This document shows, in pieces, positions 1-8,540 of a stretch of DNA of 22,183 bases. Below the pieces are notes generated by a model that had not been told where the DNA came from, made no database searches, and saw only the letters and a list, made by a program, of their open reading frames with translations. Both the position numbers and the translations under genes were made by a program. Numbering within the stretch: the stretch's first letter is position 1; every line of letters starts with the position of its first letter. This DNA is from an uncultured bacterium. GTDB taxonomy: Bacteria > UBP14 > UBA6098 > B30-G16. Where the stretch lies: positions 1-22,183 of the forward strand of contig CBEVQY010000034.1 of assembly GCA_965552135.1 (NCBI GenBank), read 5' to 3'.

Positions 1-1135
1 CTACTGCAGCTTTTACTCGGTCGTCGCCGGGCGGGATGTGTGGCGCCGTTACCTCGACGCCCTGAGGCTTGAGATCGAACTTGTCTCCGAGAAGCTGAGA
101 GGCAGGTGCGGCGCCGACGCCACAATATACATCGGCGGCGGAACGCCGTCGCTGCTTGCGCCGGAACAGATCGAGGGAATCCTTGGCGCGCTCAGGCGCA
201 ATTTTCGCATCGAAAATGCGGTCGAGGTTACCGTCGAGGCTAATCCGGAAAGCTTTTGCGAGTCGTGGGGCCGGGAGCTTGTCGACGTCGGCGCAAACCG
301 GATAAGCATCGGCGCGCAGGCACTCGACGACAACGTCCTCCGCTTCCTCGGGCGAATCCACAGCGCAAGACAAGCCAAAGCCGCGTTAGAGGCCGCAGCG
401 AAGGCGGGATTCGACGAAATATCGGCAGACATAATCTACGGCATCCCCGGCCAGACGACGGACGACATTCTGCGCGAACTTGAGGAGATCACCTGGCTTC
501 CGCACATATCCCTATACTCCCTCACCGTTGATCCTGGCACAGGGCTTTGGCGGCTGGTTGAAGACGGCACCGTCAGGATGCCGTCCCAGGACGAGGTGGC
601 GGAGCAGTACTACGCCGCCTTTGAACTCCTCTCGGAGAGGGGCTTTCGCGCCTACGAGGTGTCCAACTTCGCCAAACCAGGACACGAATGCAGACACAAC
701 CTGGGCTACTGGCTGCGGGAGGAGTACGTGGGTTTGGGCGCCGGCGCGTGGTCGTTCGTGGGGGGAGTGCGCTGGAGGAATGTTGCCTGCGTTGAGAGCT
801 ACATCGCCGCGCTTTCGAACCGCCAAAGCCCCGTCGACTTCCGTGAAAAGCTCTCGCCCAACGAGGCTTTCGAGGAGTGGGTGATGCTTTCGCTCCGCCT
901 CGAGGACGGCTTGGACGTTGCCCGCGCGGGGCACCTCGCGGAGGCGCTCTTCGCGGCTGCAGAGCCGCTGATTAAAGCCGGCCTGCTCGTAAAGAGGGGA
1001 ACGAGGCTCCTTCTTCCGCCGCACAAACGCCTCCTCGCCGACGGCGTCGCAGCGGAAATCGTGGCGAGAATCGAAAAACAAAAGGACCTGCTATGCTCAT
1101 CACAAGGCTTCTCAAACCCGAACTTGTCTGCATAG
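1..1135 (+). CDS. hemW: Radical SAM heme chaperone HemW / HemN-like protein, 5'-truncated by the window edge
   Basis: Frame is open from position 2 (YCSFYSVVAGRDVW...; the Cys is likely the last one of CxxxCxxC). Motifs TIYIGGGTPS, EVTVEANPES, NRISIGAQ, DIIYGIPGQT, HISLYSLTV, YEVSNFAKPGHECRHNLGYW (HNxxYW typical of HemW) and YVGLGAGA. The 3' end overlaps the next gene by 43 nt. Confidence 0.9.
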   Translation, partial: YCSFYSVVAGRDVWRRYLDALRLEIELVSEKLRGRCGADATIYIGGGTPSLLAPEQIEGILGALRRNFRIENAVEVTVEANPESFCESWGRELVDVGANRISIGAQALDDNVLRFLGRIHSARQAKAALEAAAKAGFDEISADIIYGIPGQTTDDILRELEEITWLPHISLYSLTVDPGTGLWRLVEDGTVRMPSQDEVAEQYYAAFELLSERGFRAYEVSNFAKPGHECRHNLGYWLREEYVGLGAGAWSFVGGVRWRNVACVESYIAALSNRQSPVDFREKLSPNEAFEEWVMLSLRLEDGLDVARAGHLAEALFAAAEPLIKAGLLVKRGTRLLLPPHKRLLADGVAAEIVARIEKQKDLLCSSQGFSNPNLSA

Positions 1136-1551
1136 GGCTTGAGGCGAAGGACAAGTGGGAGGTTATAAGTAAGCTTGCGGAGCTTTTGTGCAGGTCGGGC
1201 TGTGTGGTCGACGTCGACGAGCTTCGCTTTGCGCTGGAGGAGCGCGAGCGCACGATGACGACGGGTCTTGGGCACGGGGTCGCCGTTCCGCACGCGATGA
1301 CGCCCGCGGCGCAGGACATCGCCGTCGCCGCCGCTACGCTGAAGGAGCCTGTGGACTTCGGCTCGCTCGACGGAAAACCCGTATCCGTCGCCTTCGCCAT
1401 CGCATCGCCGCCCGACAGAGACAAACGCTACATGACCATACTCGCACAGATCGCCCGCGCCTTCTCGAGCAAAACGTTTGCCGAAAGACTCCGGAAGGTC
1501 GAAACGCCGCAGCAGTTCATCGACTCCCTGAAGAAGGCTTTGCAGGCTTGA
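1093..1551 (+). CDS. PTS IIA domain protein (fructose/Ntr-type EIIA, PtsN-like)
   Basis: 152 aa with ERERTMTTGLGHGVAVPHA (phosphorylatable His) and PVDFGSLDGKPV, typical of PTS_EIIA_2. No IIB/IIC partner is adjacent. Confidence 0.9.
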   Translation: MLITRLLKPELVCIGLEAKDKWEVISKLAELLCRSGCVVDVDELRFALEERERTMTTGLGHGVAVPHAMTPAAQDIAVAAATLKEPVDFGSLDGKPVSVAFAIASPPDRDKRYMTILAQIARAFSSKTFAERLRKVETPQQFIDSLKKALQA

Positions 1552-2719
1552 GCCTTCGGCACAAAACCGACGTCCCAAAGCACAAAAGCAAAGGCTCCAC
1601 AGGCATCCTGAAGCGCACCCTGGTGAAGAAAAACGCATACCCCGCGGCAAAGAGCAGCACAGACGCCACAACGAGCCTAACCTCGGCTCTGCGCCAATCC
1701 CTCCAGGCAGCGAAGGCGGAAAGCAGAAAAACCGGTAGCCACGACACCATATATAAAGCTTTCTTCCACCACGGCGCGGCACCGGGCGTCACAGGAACAG
1801 GATACGGTCGCCAGAAGTTGAGGAACTTCAGAAACCACATGCCAGCCGTCCGAATCGGGTGGGTGAGCACGTAGTCCACCGCCCTCCTGCGAAACTCGGA
1901 GGACGCGGAAAGCTCGCCAAGCGAAGAGATCTCCTGCCCCTCCCCGGTGAAGTATATCGGTCGCGAGCCTGAGGTGGGCGTGGTGTACTCGCAGTTACCA
2001 GCCCAGAAGTTCATCCAGCCCGTTGTGGAGAGGGGGATGAACCTCCCGAACACCACGGCGTTCCTCGCCGTCCACGGCGCCATAAGGATCAAAAAGCCCG
2101 AAGCGGCAAAGACCCACGCCCGCAACCTCCTAAGAAGCCTCAGCGACACAGGCGCCGCAACGAGGACGAGCATAGGCACCACAAGGACCCCCACCGCAAC
2201 GAGCATCCCGAAGCCTGCGGCGCCGATGCCGTCGATCCCGCCCGCACGCCTCAGGGCGAGCCAGAAAAGGAGCATCACCCACAGGGTCGCCAGAAGCTGC
2301 GGGTAGAGCACCGTGGCGAGGTAAACCTGCGGCGGGTATACGGCGATAGCCGCAGCCGCCAAGGCGGCGCTTTTGGGACAACCAAGCTCCTTAGCAACGA
2401 AGTAAGCCAGCACAACGACCAAAGCGCCCAGCGCAGCCTGCGCGATCTTTACGGCGGCAAGAGACTTGTGCAGCGCCGCCACAGCCGCAACGAAAAGCGG
2501 ATACACGGGCAAAACCGAAGCCGTCGGAACGCCGTTTATCGAAAACCCTCCGCCACCAACAAGCGACTGCGCAACGGACCAGTAGGTTCTCTCGTCCCCG
2601 AAGAGCGTTTTGTTGAATCCGGTCAGGGAAGCGAGCCCAACCCGCGCCAAAAAGCCAACGAAGGCAACGGAGATGACGAAAAGCCGCCTTTGACTTCGCG
2701 ATACCTCCGGCGACATCAC
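1517..2719 (-). CDS. GT-C fold membrane glycosyltransferase (ArnT/PMT, GT39-like)
   Basis: About 400 aa with many hydrophobic segments. First loop DERTYWSVAQSL followed by PVYPLF; also PWTARNAVVFGRFIPLSTTGWMNFWAGN and C-terminal RFRMPVEP, typical of this family. Confidence 0.75.
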   Translation of the reverse strand: MMSPEVSRSQRRLFVISVAFVGFLARVGLASLTGFNKTLFGDERTYWSVAQSLVGGGGFSINGVPTASVLPVYPLFVAAVAALHKSLAAVKIAQAALGALVVVLAYFVAKELGCPKSAALAAAAIAVYPPQVYLATVLYPQLLATLWVMLLFWLALRRAGGIDGIGAAGFGMLVAVGVLVVPMLVLVAAPVSLRLLRRLRAWVFAASGFLILMAPWTARNAVVFGRFIPLSTTGWMNFWAGNCEYTTPTSGSRPIYFTGEGQEISSLGELSASSEFRRRAVDYVLTHPIRTAGMWFLKFLNFWRPYPVPVTPGAAPWWKKALYMVSWLPVFLLSAFAAWRDWRRAEVRLVVASVLLFAAGYAFFFTRVRFRMPVEPLLLCFGTSVLCRRLKPAKPSSGSR

Positions 2720-2723
2720 AGCA

Positions 2724-3761
2724 TCACTCCGGCTTCTGGATACCCGGCGGAAGCCTTGGGTTGAAGTCCACCGTCAGGGCGACGCGGTGCACCTGGTCGA
2801 TGGAGGATGCGACGAAGGCGTAGTCGAGGGTAAAGCGCGAGATCTTAATCCCCGCGCCGGCGCAGAAATCCCTCCGGTCAACGCCGACTCTGGCGAAGAA
2901 GTGCTCCCAAAATCGCGCCTCGACGCCAAGATGGGGGTAGAGGGTTACGGGATCGACCGAGATCAGCGCATCCTTCGATCCGCCCTCGAACCTCAACTCC
3001 AGCTCGGAGGTGACCGCAAGCTCCACCGCTCTCTCCCGCAGCGGCAGGGCATAGGACGCCCCAACGCGAACCGACGGAAGCTTGCTTTCGGAAAACCCCG
3101 TGCTCCAGCTTATGTGCGTTCCCGTGACGTCGAGGACCGAAAGCCCACAAAAAAGCCGCTCCGAAAGCCTGTACCTGATCCCCACATCCGCGCCGAAGCC
3201 GAAGTTGGTGTAGTCTCCTATCCTCTGGTGCAAAAACTTTGCCGAGGCTCCCCACGCAAGCCTTTTCGACAGCGGCGTTGCCGCGCTCAGGACGAGGACG
3301 TAATCGCCCTCGGAGCGCATCTGGATCGCAGATGCGTCCACAGGCTCGCCGGGGTCCCAGACGCCGTTGCCCTCGCCCTCATCCCCCGTGCCGGGAACGC
3401 CGTCTGTGCCGTAGTCGTAAAAGCCGTCGTCGCGGGTGAAGGGTATCTGGTCGGTGCCGAGTCGCATCGCCGAAGCGCAGAAGCGAACCCCGCGGAACTT
3501 GTCGCGGTAGGCGATGGCATCGAGCTGGTAGATGTTCCCGTAGAGGGCGGAGTGCATCGCGTAGATCTGCGGTGCATCCTGCCACGCCACCGCGGCGGGG
3601 TTCCACCAAACCGCCGACGCATCTGTGCCGAACGCGCAGTAAGCCCCGCCTAAACCCGCCGCGCGAACGCCAGTCCCAACCTCCAAAAACTCGGCAACGT
3701 ACTTCCCCCCAAACGCAGGAAGAAAAAGCAGCAAAACAAACGGGAAAATCCTCTCCCTCAT
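2724..3761 (-). CDS. PorV/PorQ-family (FadL-like) outer-membrane beta-barrel, paralog 1, with acidic loop insertion
   Basis: Signal peptide MRERIFPFVLLLFLPAFG. Family signature FLEVGTGVRAAGLGGAYCAFGTDASAVWWNPAAV, then amphipathic strands (GASAKF, FGADVGIRY, LDYAF, HRVALTVDF). ATG at 3761 preferred over GTG at 3770 because GGGGTGAGGG lies upstream. Confidence 0.8.
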   Translation of the reverse strand: MRERIFPFVLLLFLPAFGGKYVAEFLEVGTGVRAAGLGGAYCAFGTDASAVWWNPAAVAWQDAPQIYAMHSALYGNIYQLDAIAYRDKFRGVRFCASAMRLGTDQIPFTRDDGFYDYGTDGVPGTGDEGEGNGVWDPGEPVDASAIQMRSEGDYVLVLSAATPLSKRLAWGASAKFLHQRIGDYTNFGFGADVGIRYRLSERLFCGLSVLDVTGTHISWSTGFSESKLPSVRVGASYALPLRERAVELAVTSELELRFEGGSKDALISVDPVTLYPHLGVEARFWEHFFARVGVDRRDFCAGAGIKISRFTLDYAFVASSIDQVHRVALTVDFNPRLPPGIQKPE

Positions 3762-3784
3762 CGCCCTCACCCCCGCTTTGCCGA

Positions 3785-3813
3785 AACTTAAATAAAACCT
3801 TGCAGCACAGCAA
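3785..3813 (-). promoter_or_regulatory. Putative sigma70-type promoter for the porV-like/GT-C pair
   Basis: Minus strand TTGCTG-17 nt-TAAGTT in the AT-rich divergent gap, 24 nt upstream of the ATG at 3761. Confidence 0.35.
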
Positions 3814-3845
3814 GTGGAAGCTGAAATTTGAAGGGGAGGTTTTGC

Positions 3846-5666
3846 TTGGACAGGACTTCGGAAATCGAGGTGCTTGAGGGTGCTCTTTCGTTCGCCGAGG
3901 GCGCAGAGCGCGTGGAGATCTTAAACAGGCTTGCGCGAAGGTACCTCGACTCCTCGCCGCCCAAGACCATCGAGTACGCCCTCCGGGCGCTCGAGGAAGC
4001 CCGCGCGCTGGAGGACGTCGACGGGCAGCTGGATGCGCTAAAGCTTCTGGGAAACGCCTACTTCATCGCCAACAGCTTCGAGAGGGCAAGGGACATCTAC
4101 GCCGAGGCGCTCGACCTCGCCCAAAGGAAGGGAAATGCTCAAAAGGAGGCGGACCTCCTCAACAACATGGGGCTTGTGTACTGGAAGCTCTGTCGCTACG
4201 ACGACGCCATCGACTACCTGACGCGCGCTCTCAGAGCTTACGAATCCCTCGGCGACGCCGGGGGAGTTGCCCGCGCGCACGAGAACATCGGCATAGTGCA
4301 CTTCAGCCTCAACGACTTCGAGGGCGCGCTGAGGTACTTCGAAAAGGCGCTCGAGGTCTGGGAGAAACTCGGCGACGGAGAGCGCATAGCCGCAACCCTA
4401 AACAACGTAGGCACGCTGTACCGCGAGAAGGGAGAGCTTTCGAAGGCGCTTGAGTTCCTGCTGCGCGCGCTTGAGCTCAAACGCAGCCAAAGCAGCATCC
4501 CCGCAGCGGCTAACTCGGTGGCGAACGTCGGTGCGCTGTACGCGGAGATGGGCGAGACGGAGAAGGCGCTCGAGTTCTTCGATGAAGCCGAAAAGCTTTA
4601 CGCGCAGGTGGGAGATGCAGGCGGCTTAGCTCAAGTTGCGTCCAAAAAAGCGAAGATGCTGCTTGCCTGCGGCGACGCTGAAGGAGCGGCAAAGCTCCTG
4701 CAAAACGCCCTCGAACACGCCAAACGCAGCGGATCCAAGGACATCACACTGGAGCTGCTCGAAGACCTCGCCGAGGCATACGCGAAGCTGAGGAGGTACA
4801 AGAAGGCGTACGAGGTTGCGAAGGAGGCGACGGAGCTCAGGAAGGAGATCTTCTCCGACAGGCTCCAGAGGGCGGTTGCGGAGGCGGAGATCAAGTACGA
4901 AACGGAGCGCAAGGAGCGCGAGGCGGAGCTATACAGGCTCAAGTACGTGGAGCTTCGGGAGGCGAACGAGCGACTGCGCGAGGCGCAAAAGCGCCTCGAG
5001 ACGTATCAGAACGAGCTTGAGCGCCTCGTCGAGCAGCGCACGGCGGAGCTTGTCGAAGCACACAAAGCGCTCCAGGAAAGCTACGCCAAACTCAAGGAGA
5101 CCTTCGACGGCATCGTGCAGACAATGACCAAGCTCGTCGAGTTCAGGGATCCCTACACGGCGGGTCATCAGGAGCGTGTGGCAAAGCTTGCGGTGGCTAT
5201 AGCCCGCCGGATGGGTCTTGACGAGGATACCGTCGAGGCGGTGCGCCCCGCGGCGGTCGTGCACGACATCGGAAAAATATACGTCCCCGCGGAAATCCTC
5301 ACCAAGCCGGGAAGGCTGAGCGAAATAGAGTTTATGCTTATAAAGAACCACTCCGCCGCGGGCTACGAGATACTGCGGAGCATAAACTTCCCCTGGGACA
5401 TCGCGACGATCGTCCGCCAGCACCACGAGCGCCTCGACGGCTCCGGCTACCCCGACGGAATAAGCGGAGACGACATCCGCATCGAAGCCAGGATCATAGC
5501 CGTTGCGGATGTGGTCGAGGCTATATCATCGCACAGACCCTACAGACCCGCCCTCGGGCTGGACGTGGCAATCGACGAAATCCAAAAGGGCGCAGGAAGG
5601 CTGTACGATCCCGCCGTCGTGAAGGCATGCGTGGAGGTTTTGCGCAGCGGCAAGTTCGAGTGGTAA
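3846..5666 (+). CDS. TPR-repeat + coiled-coil + HD-GYP cyclic-dinucleotide phosphodiesterase
   Basis: About 8 TPRs (LLNNMGLVYW, HENIGIVHF, TLNNVGTLY, VANVGALY) and a coiled coil. HD-GYP domain has RDPYTAGHQERVA, HDIGK, HHERLDGSGYPDG, ARIIAVADVVEA and HRPYR. TTG at 3846 follows GGAGG; the ORF track starts at 3828. No TM or signal peptide is apparent. Confidence 0.9.
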   Translation: MDRTSEIEVLEGALSFAEGAERVEILNRLARRYLDSSPPKTIEYALRALEEARALEDVDGQLDALKLLGNAYFIANSFERARDIYAEALDLAQRKGNAQKEADLLNNMGLVYWKLCRYDDAIDYLTRALRAYESLGDAGGVARAHENIGIVHFSLNDFEGALRYFEKALEVWEKLGDGERIAATLNNVGTLYREKGELSKALEFLLRALELKRSQSSIPAAANSVANVGALYAEMGETEKALEFFDEAEKLYAQVGDAGGLAQVASKKAKMLLACGDAEGAAKLLQNALEHAKRSGSKDITLELLEDLAEAYAKLRRYKKAYEVAKEATELRKEIFSDRLQRAVAEAEIKYETERKEREAELYRLKYVELREANERLREAQKRLETYQNELERLVEQRTAELVEAHKALQESYAKLKETFDGIVQTMTKLVEFRDPYTAGHQERVAKLAVAIARRMGLDEDTVEAVRPAAVVHDIGKIYVPAEILTKPGRLSEIEFMLIKNHSAAGYEILRSINFPWDIATIVRQHHERLDGSGYPDGISGDDIRIEARIIAVADVVEAISSHRPYRPALGLDVAIDEIQKGAGRLYDPAVVKACVEVLRSGKFEW

Positions 5667-5739
5667 CCCCTCCCCACGTCGTCCAACGGCAGCCGCCGGC
5701 AAACTGCTCCAACGGCGACCTCCCCTCAGGCCGGAGCGA

Positions 5740-6822
5740 TCAGGCGCCCTCACCGGTCTCCGCGACCCTCGACTTTCCGTCGGCTTTCGAGAACGTCGCG
5801 ATTGGGACGGGCGCAAGGCGGTCCTCGCCGGGGCGGTACGGGAACTGCTCCCGCAGGATCTCACCCGCCCTGCCGAAGATTATGGCGACGGGGATATCGG
5901 CTGGACAGACGTCGCTGCAGATGCCGCACCCAACGCACGAAAAAGCCATATGGTACATCCTGCCGATGTGGAAGAAGAGCGTGTTGGGCGGGGGTTTGAT
6001 GCCATCGCACTCAAGCATAAACGAAGCCGAAAGCTCATCCTCAACGGTGGCGAAGGCGCATTTGGTGCAGTAGCATATGGGGCAGACGTAGCCGCAGCAG
6101 TGACACCCTATGCACTTCTCGAAGAGCTGGGCGAGCGCTTCGTGTTCGAGCTTTGCGGGGACGATCTGCGCGAAGACCTTTTTTCTTTCGGCGGTGCGCC
6201 GGTCCAAGAGCCCATCGACGTGCGGCGCAAAGAAGGTTGCCGGCGAAACCTCAAGCCCACACCTGCGCAAAAGCTCCAAGCCGGCATCGGTTGCGGCAAA
6301 GAGCCTGCAGCCATCCTCCTCGGGCAGGGCGATGACGTCCGCGCCGCGGGGAACGAAATCTACGCAAACCCGACAGCTCTGACGCACCTGATCAGAGTCC
6401 CTGCTGTCCCAAAAAGCGCTCAGCAGGTCGTCTAAGGGCGACTCGGACGGGTCAAAATCGCCCGTGGGAACGACGCCGAAGCACACGGGAGACACGATCA
6501 CCAGGTTTTTCGGTCTTACCTGATTGCGCTTGACGAGCTCCACGAAAGCCCGGAGCTCACAAGGTCTCATGACCGCCACAACGGGCTCTGCGAGTTCGCC
6601 CTTGAGCGTGAGTCGGGAGAGGATTTGCGCGGCGTTCTGGGGCATCACGGGCGCCAGAGGGAGCCAGTCGCAGGCGCCTGCGGGGTCGGACGCAAGAACG
6701 TACGATACGGCGTCCCCGACCTTCGAGAGGGTGAGAGCGGCAAAGCCCGCACCAAGGGCAAGCTCAAGAAGCTCCCGCAGCGCCTCGCCGGGTGAACCTG
6801 GTATTTTCGCAGCGTGCATCAT
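5740..6822 (-). CDS. FdhB/FrhB-family (FlxC-like) Fe-S protein with C-terminal 4Fe-4S dicluster
   Basis: VMRPCELRAFVELVKRNQV...VIVSPVCFG, CIGCHCCGYVCPICYCTKC and FHIGRMYHMAFSCVGCGICSDVCPADIPV match F420-dehydrogenase beta-subunit-like proteins. Confidence 0.8.
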   Translation of the reverse strand: MMHAAKIPGSPGEALRELLELALGAGFAALTLSKVGDAVSYVLASDPAGACDWLPLAPVMPQNAAQILSRLTLKGELAEPVVAVMRPCELRAFVELVKRNQVRPKNLVIVSPVCFGVVPTGDFDPSESPLDDLLSAFWDSRDSDQVRQSCRVCVDFVPRGADVIALPEEDGCRLFAATDAGLELLRRCGLEVSPATFFAPHVDGLLDRRTAERKKVFAQIVPAKLEHEALAQLFEKCIGCHCCGYVCPICYCTKCAFATVEDELSASFMLECDGIKPPPNTLFFHIGRMYHMAFSCVGCGICSDVCPADIPVAIIFGRAGEILREQFPYRPGEDRLAPVPIATFSKADGKSRVAETGEGA

Positions 6823-7985
6823 GTCTCACCGCGCTCGAAAAGGCTTTTTGTCGCCTCGCTTACGCCGGGAAGCTCATCCTCCACAAGGAAGGTCCTGAGC
6901 GGAATCTCCTCGTCCCGGCTCCTGCCGGGAACGTAGTCGAACATCTCCTGCAGCGCCTCGGCGGCGATGGCAAAAAGCGTTGAGACGGGAAGCTTTTGGG
7001 GACAGGCGTCGTCGCAGCAGCCGCAAGAGACACACGAAAGCGCCATATGCGTCATCCTGCCCAGGTGGAAGTGTGGCACATCGGCGGGAAGCCTCTGCGC
7101 CCCTTTGAGTTTTGCGCGCTGCTGATACCCCCGGGCGGGGAACTCGAGAAAACCCGTCTCGAAGAAACACCGCTCGCAGTAACAGATCGGACACACCCGC
7201 ATGCAGTTGTGACAGTTTATGCACTCCGCCGCAAAAGCGGTGATCCCATCGGGCGAGGTGAACTTCTCCCTCGCGGCTTTGATCGCTTCGTTTCTGGCGG
7301 TGCGCCTTTCGCCTGCGATCGCATCGACGGCGGCGCGCCAGCTCGAGATATCCGCCGACGCAGAAAGCCCAAGCAACCGAACGAACTCCTCGCCGCGCGG
7401 CGACTTCGGCACAAGCGCAAACCTACCCTCCCCAACGCCCCAAAAGGCTATGTGGACATCGCTTGGGGCGTCGGCAAAAAAGACGCATATGCGACAAGCC
7501 TCTCTCAAAAGCTCGCTTTCTGCGCCCGAAAGCAGGCGCGAGAACTCCTCCCAGCCCCGCTCGGGGTTGGCGAAGAACTCGGAAAGCTTAATAGCGCCCG
7601 GACAGTCCACAGTTACGACGGTGAAGCGTTCGAGTTGGAGCTTTTCGAGCTTACAAAGCTCGACGGCGGCGCGTGCCTCGCAGGGACGCATAATGGCAAC
7701 AACCCGCCCGCCCGAAAGGGTCTTCTCGCTAAACCCCGAAAGTGCGCGCGCGCCCTGAGTCGTTATCACGGGCGGCAGCGGGCAAACCCGCTCCAAAAGG
7801 ATGGGGCTTCTTATCAAAAGCCAGATGAAGCTTTTTTCGCCCCTGGTTTTCACGGGCGCGACGACGGCATCTGCAGCGCCCGACTCAAACGCCCTCCTGA
7901 GGATCAGTGTGATAGCATCGTTCAGATCACCGCCCGCCTCAACGAGCGCGCCTAAAGTTGGCAAACCGTTCGCACCGACTGCCAA
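6819..7985 (-). CDS. FdhB/FrhB-family (FlxC-like) Fe-S protein with C-terminal 4Fe-4S dicluster, paralog of the downstream gene
   Basis: IMRPCEARAAVELCKLEKL...VVTVDCPG, CINCHNCMRVCPICYCERC and FHLGRMTHMALSCVSCGCCDDACPQKLPV. TTG at 7985 follows GAGGAGG; the ORF track starts at 8000. 4-nt overlap with the next gene. Confidence 0.8.
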   Translation of the reverse strand: MAVGANGLPTLGALVEAGGDLNDAITLILRRAFESGAADAVVAPVKTRGEKSFIWLLIRSPILLERVCPLPPVITTQGARALSGFSEKTLSGGRVVAIMRPCEARAAVELCKLEKLQLERFTVVTVDCPGAIKLSEFFANPERGWEEFSRLLSGAESELLREACRICVFFADAPSDVHIAFWGVGEGRFALVPKSPRGEEFVRLLGLSASADISSWRAAVDAIAGERRTARNEAIKAAREKFTSPDGITAFAAECINCHNCMRVCPICYCERCFFETGFLEFPARGYQQRAKLKGAQRLPADVPHFHLGRMTHMALSCVSCGCCDDACPQKLPVSTLFAIAAEALQEMFDYVPGRSRDEEIPLRTFLVEDELPGVSEATKSLFERGET

Positions 7986-7996
7986 CGCTGACCTCC

Positions 7997-8419
7997 TCAA
8001 AATACGCTGCGCTTAAATGGGTTGGGTCCAAGCTTTTTTATCTTTTCGGTGAACCTCTCCACAAGCTCGGCGTACCTTCTGCCCTCCGAAGCCGAAACCC
8101 AGGCAAGCTCTATGCGCTCGGGCTCGAGGTCGAACGCCTCAAGAAGCCTTTTAAGCAGGGCGAACCTGCGCCTGGCGTAGTAGTTTCCCTCCTGGTAGTG
8201 GCAGTCGCCGGGGTGGCATCCTGCGACGATCACGCCGTCTGCGCCCCACAAAAGGGCGCTCAGCACCATCACAGGGTCGACGCGGCTGGAACACATCACC
8301 CGCACAACCTTGACGGTGGGCGGCATCTTGATCCGACTGGTGCCCGCAAGATCAGCCCCACCGTAGGCGCACCAATTGCACAGAAAGGCGATTATGTTAG
8401 GGGAAAACTCCTCGCCCAC
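7997..8419 (-). CDS. mvhD: Methyl-viologen-reducing hydrogenase delta subunit family [2Fe-2S] protein (MvhD/FlxD)
   Basis: AFLCNWCAYGGADLAG, VRVMCSSRVDP, GADGVIVAGCHPGDCHYQEGN, WVSASEG and LGPNP. All ligands are Cys (no in-frame UGA). GAGGGGG RBS upstream. Confidence 0.93.
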   Translation of the reverse strand: MGEEFSPNIIAFLCNWCAYGGADLAGTSRIKMPPTVKVVRVMCSSRVDPVMVLSALLWGADGVIVAGCHPGDCHYQEGNYYARRRFALLKRLLEAFDLEPERIELAWVSASEGRRYAELVERFTEKIKKLGPNPFKRSVF

Positions 8420-8440
8420 AAACCAACCCCCTCAAACCTG

Positions 8441-8473
8441 TTCCATATAACCCTGTTATGTTTATAATGTCAA
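8441..8473. promoter_or_regulatory. Overlapping divergent promoters (mvhD operon / transglutaminase-dxr) with a short palindrome
   Basis: AT-rich island. Minus strand has perfect TTGACA (8473-8468) with TATATG 18 nt downstream. Plus strand has perfect TATAAT (8463-8468). Inverted repeat ATAAC-CCT-GTTAT at 8447-8459. Confidence 0.5.
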
Positions 8474-8540
8474 GGCGAAAAAGTTTGCGCTGTTGCCTGC
8501 CGCCCCGAGGGCGGCTATATTGGGTTTTCGGAGGTGGGCT

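Noticed and set aside
5521..5727. 63-aa minus-strand ORF with a strong RBS (GAGGGGAGG) after the Fe-S operon, plus a 9-nt direct repeat TCCAACGGC at 5682 and 5708
   Set aside because: It overlaps the HD-GYP catalytic end in antisense and has no recognisable motif. It could be a scar of a lost downstream gene, but the repeat is too short to support a target-site duplication.
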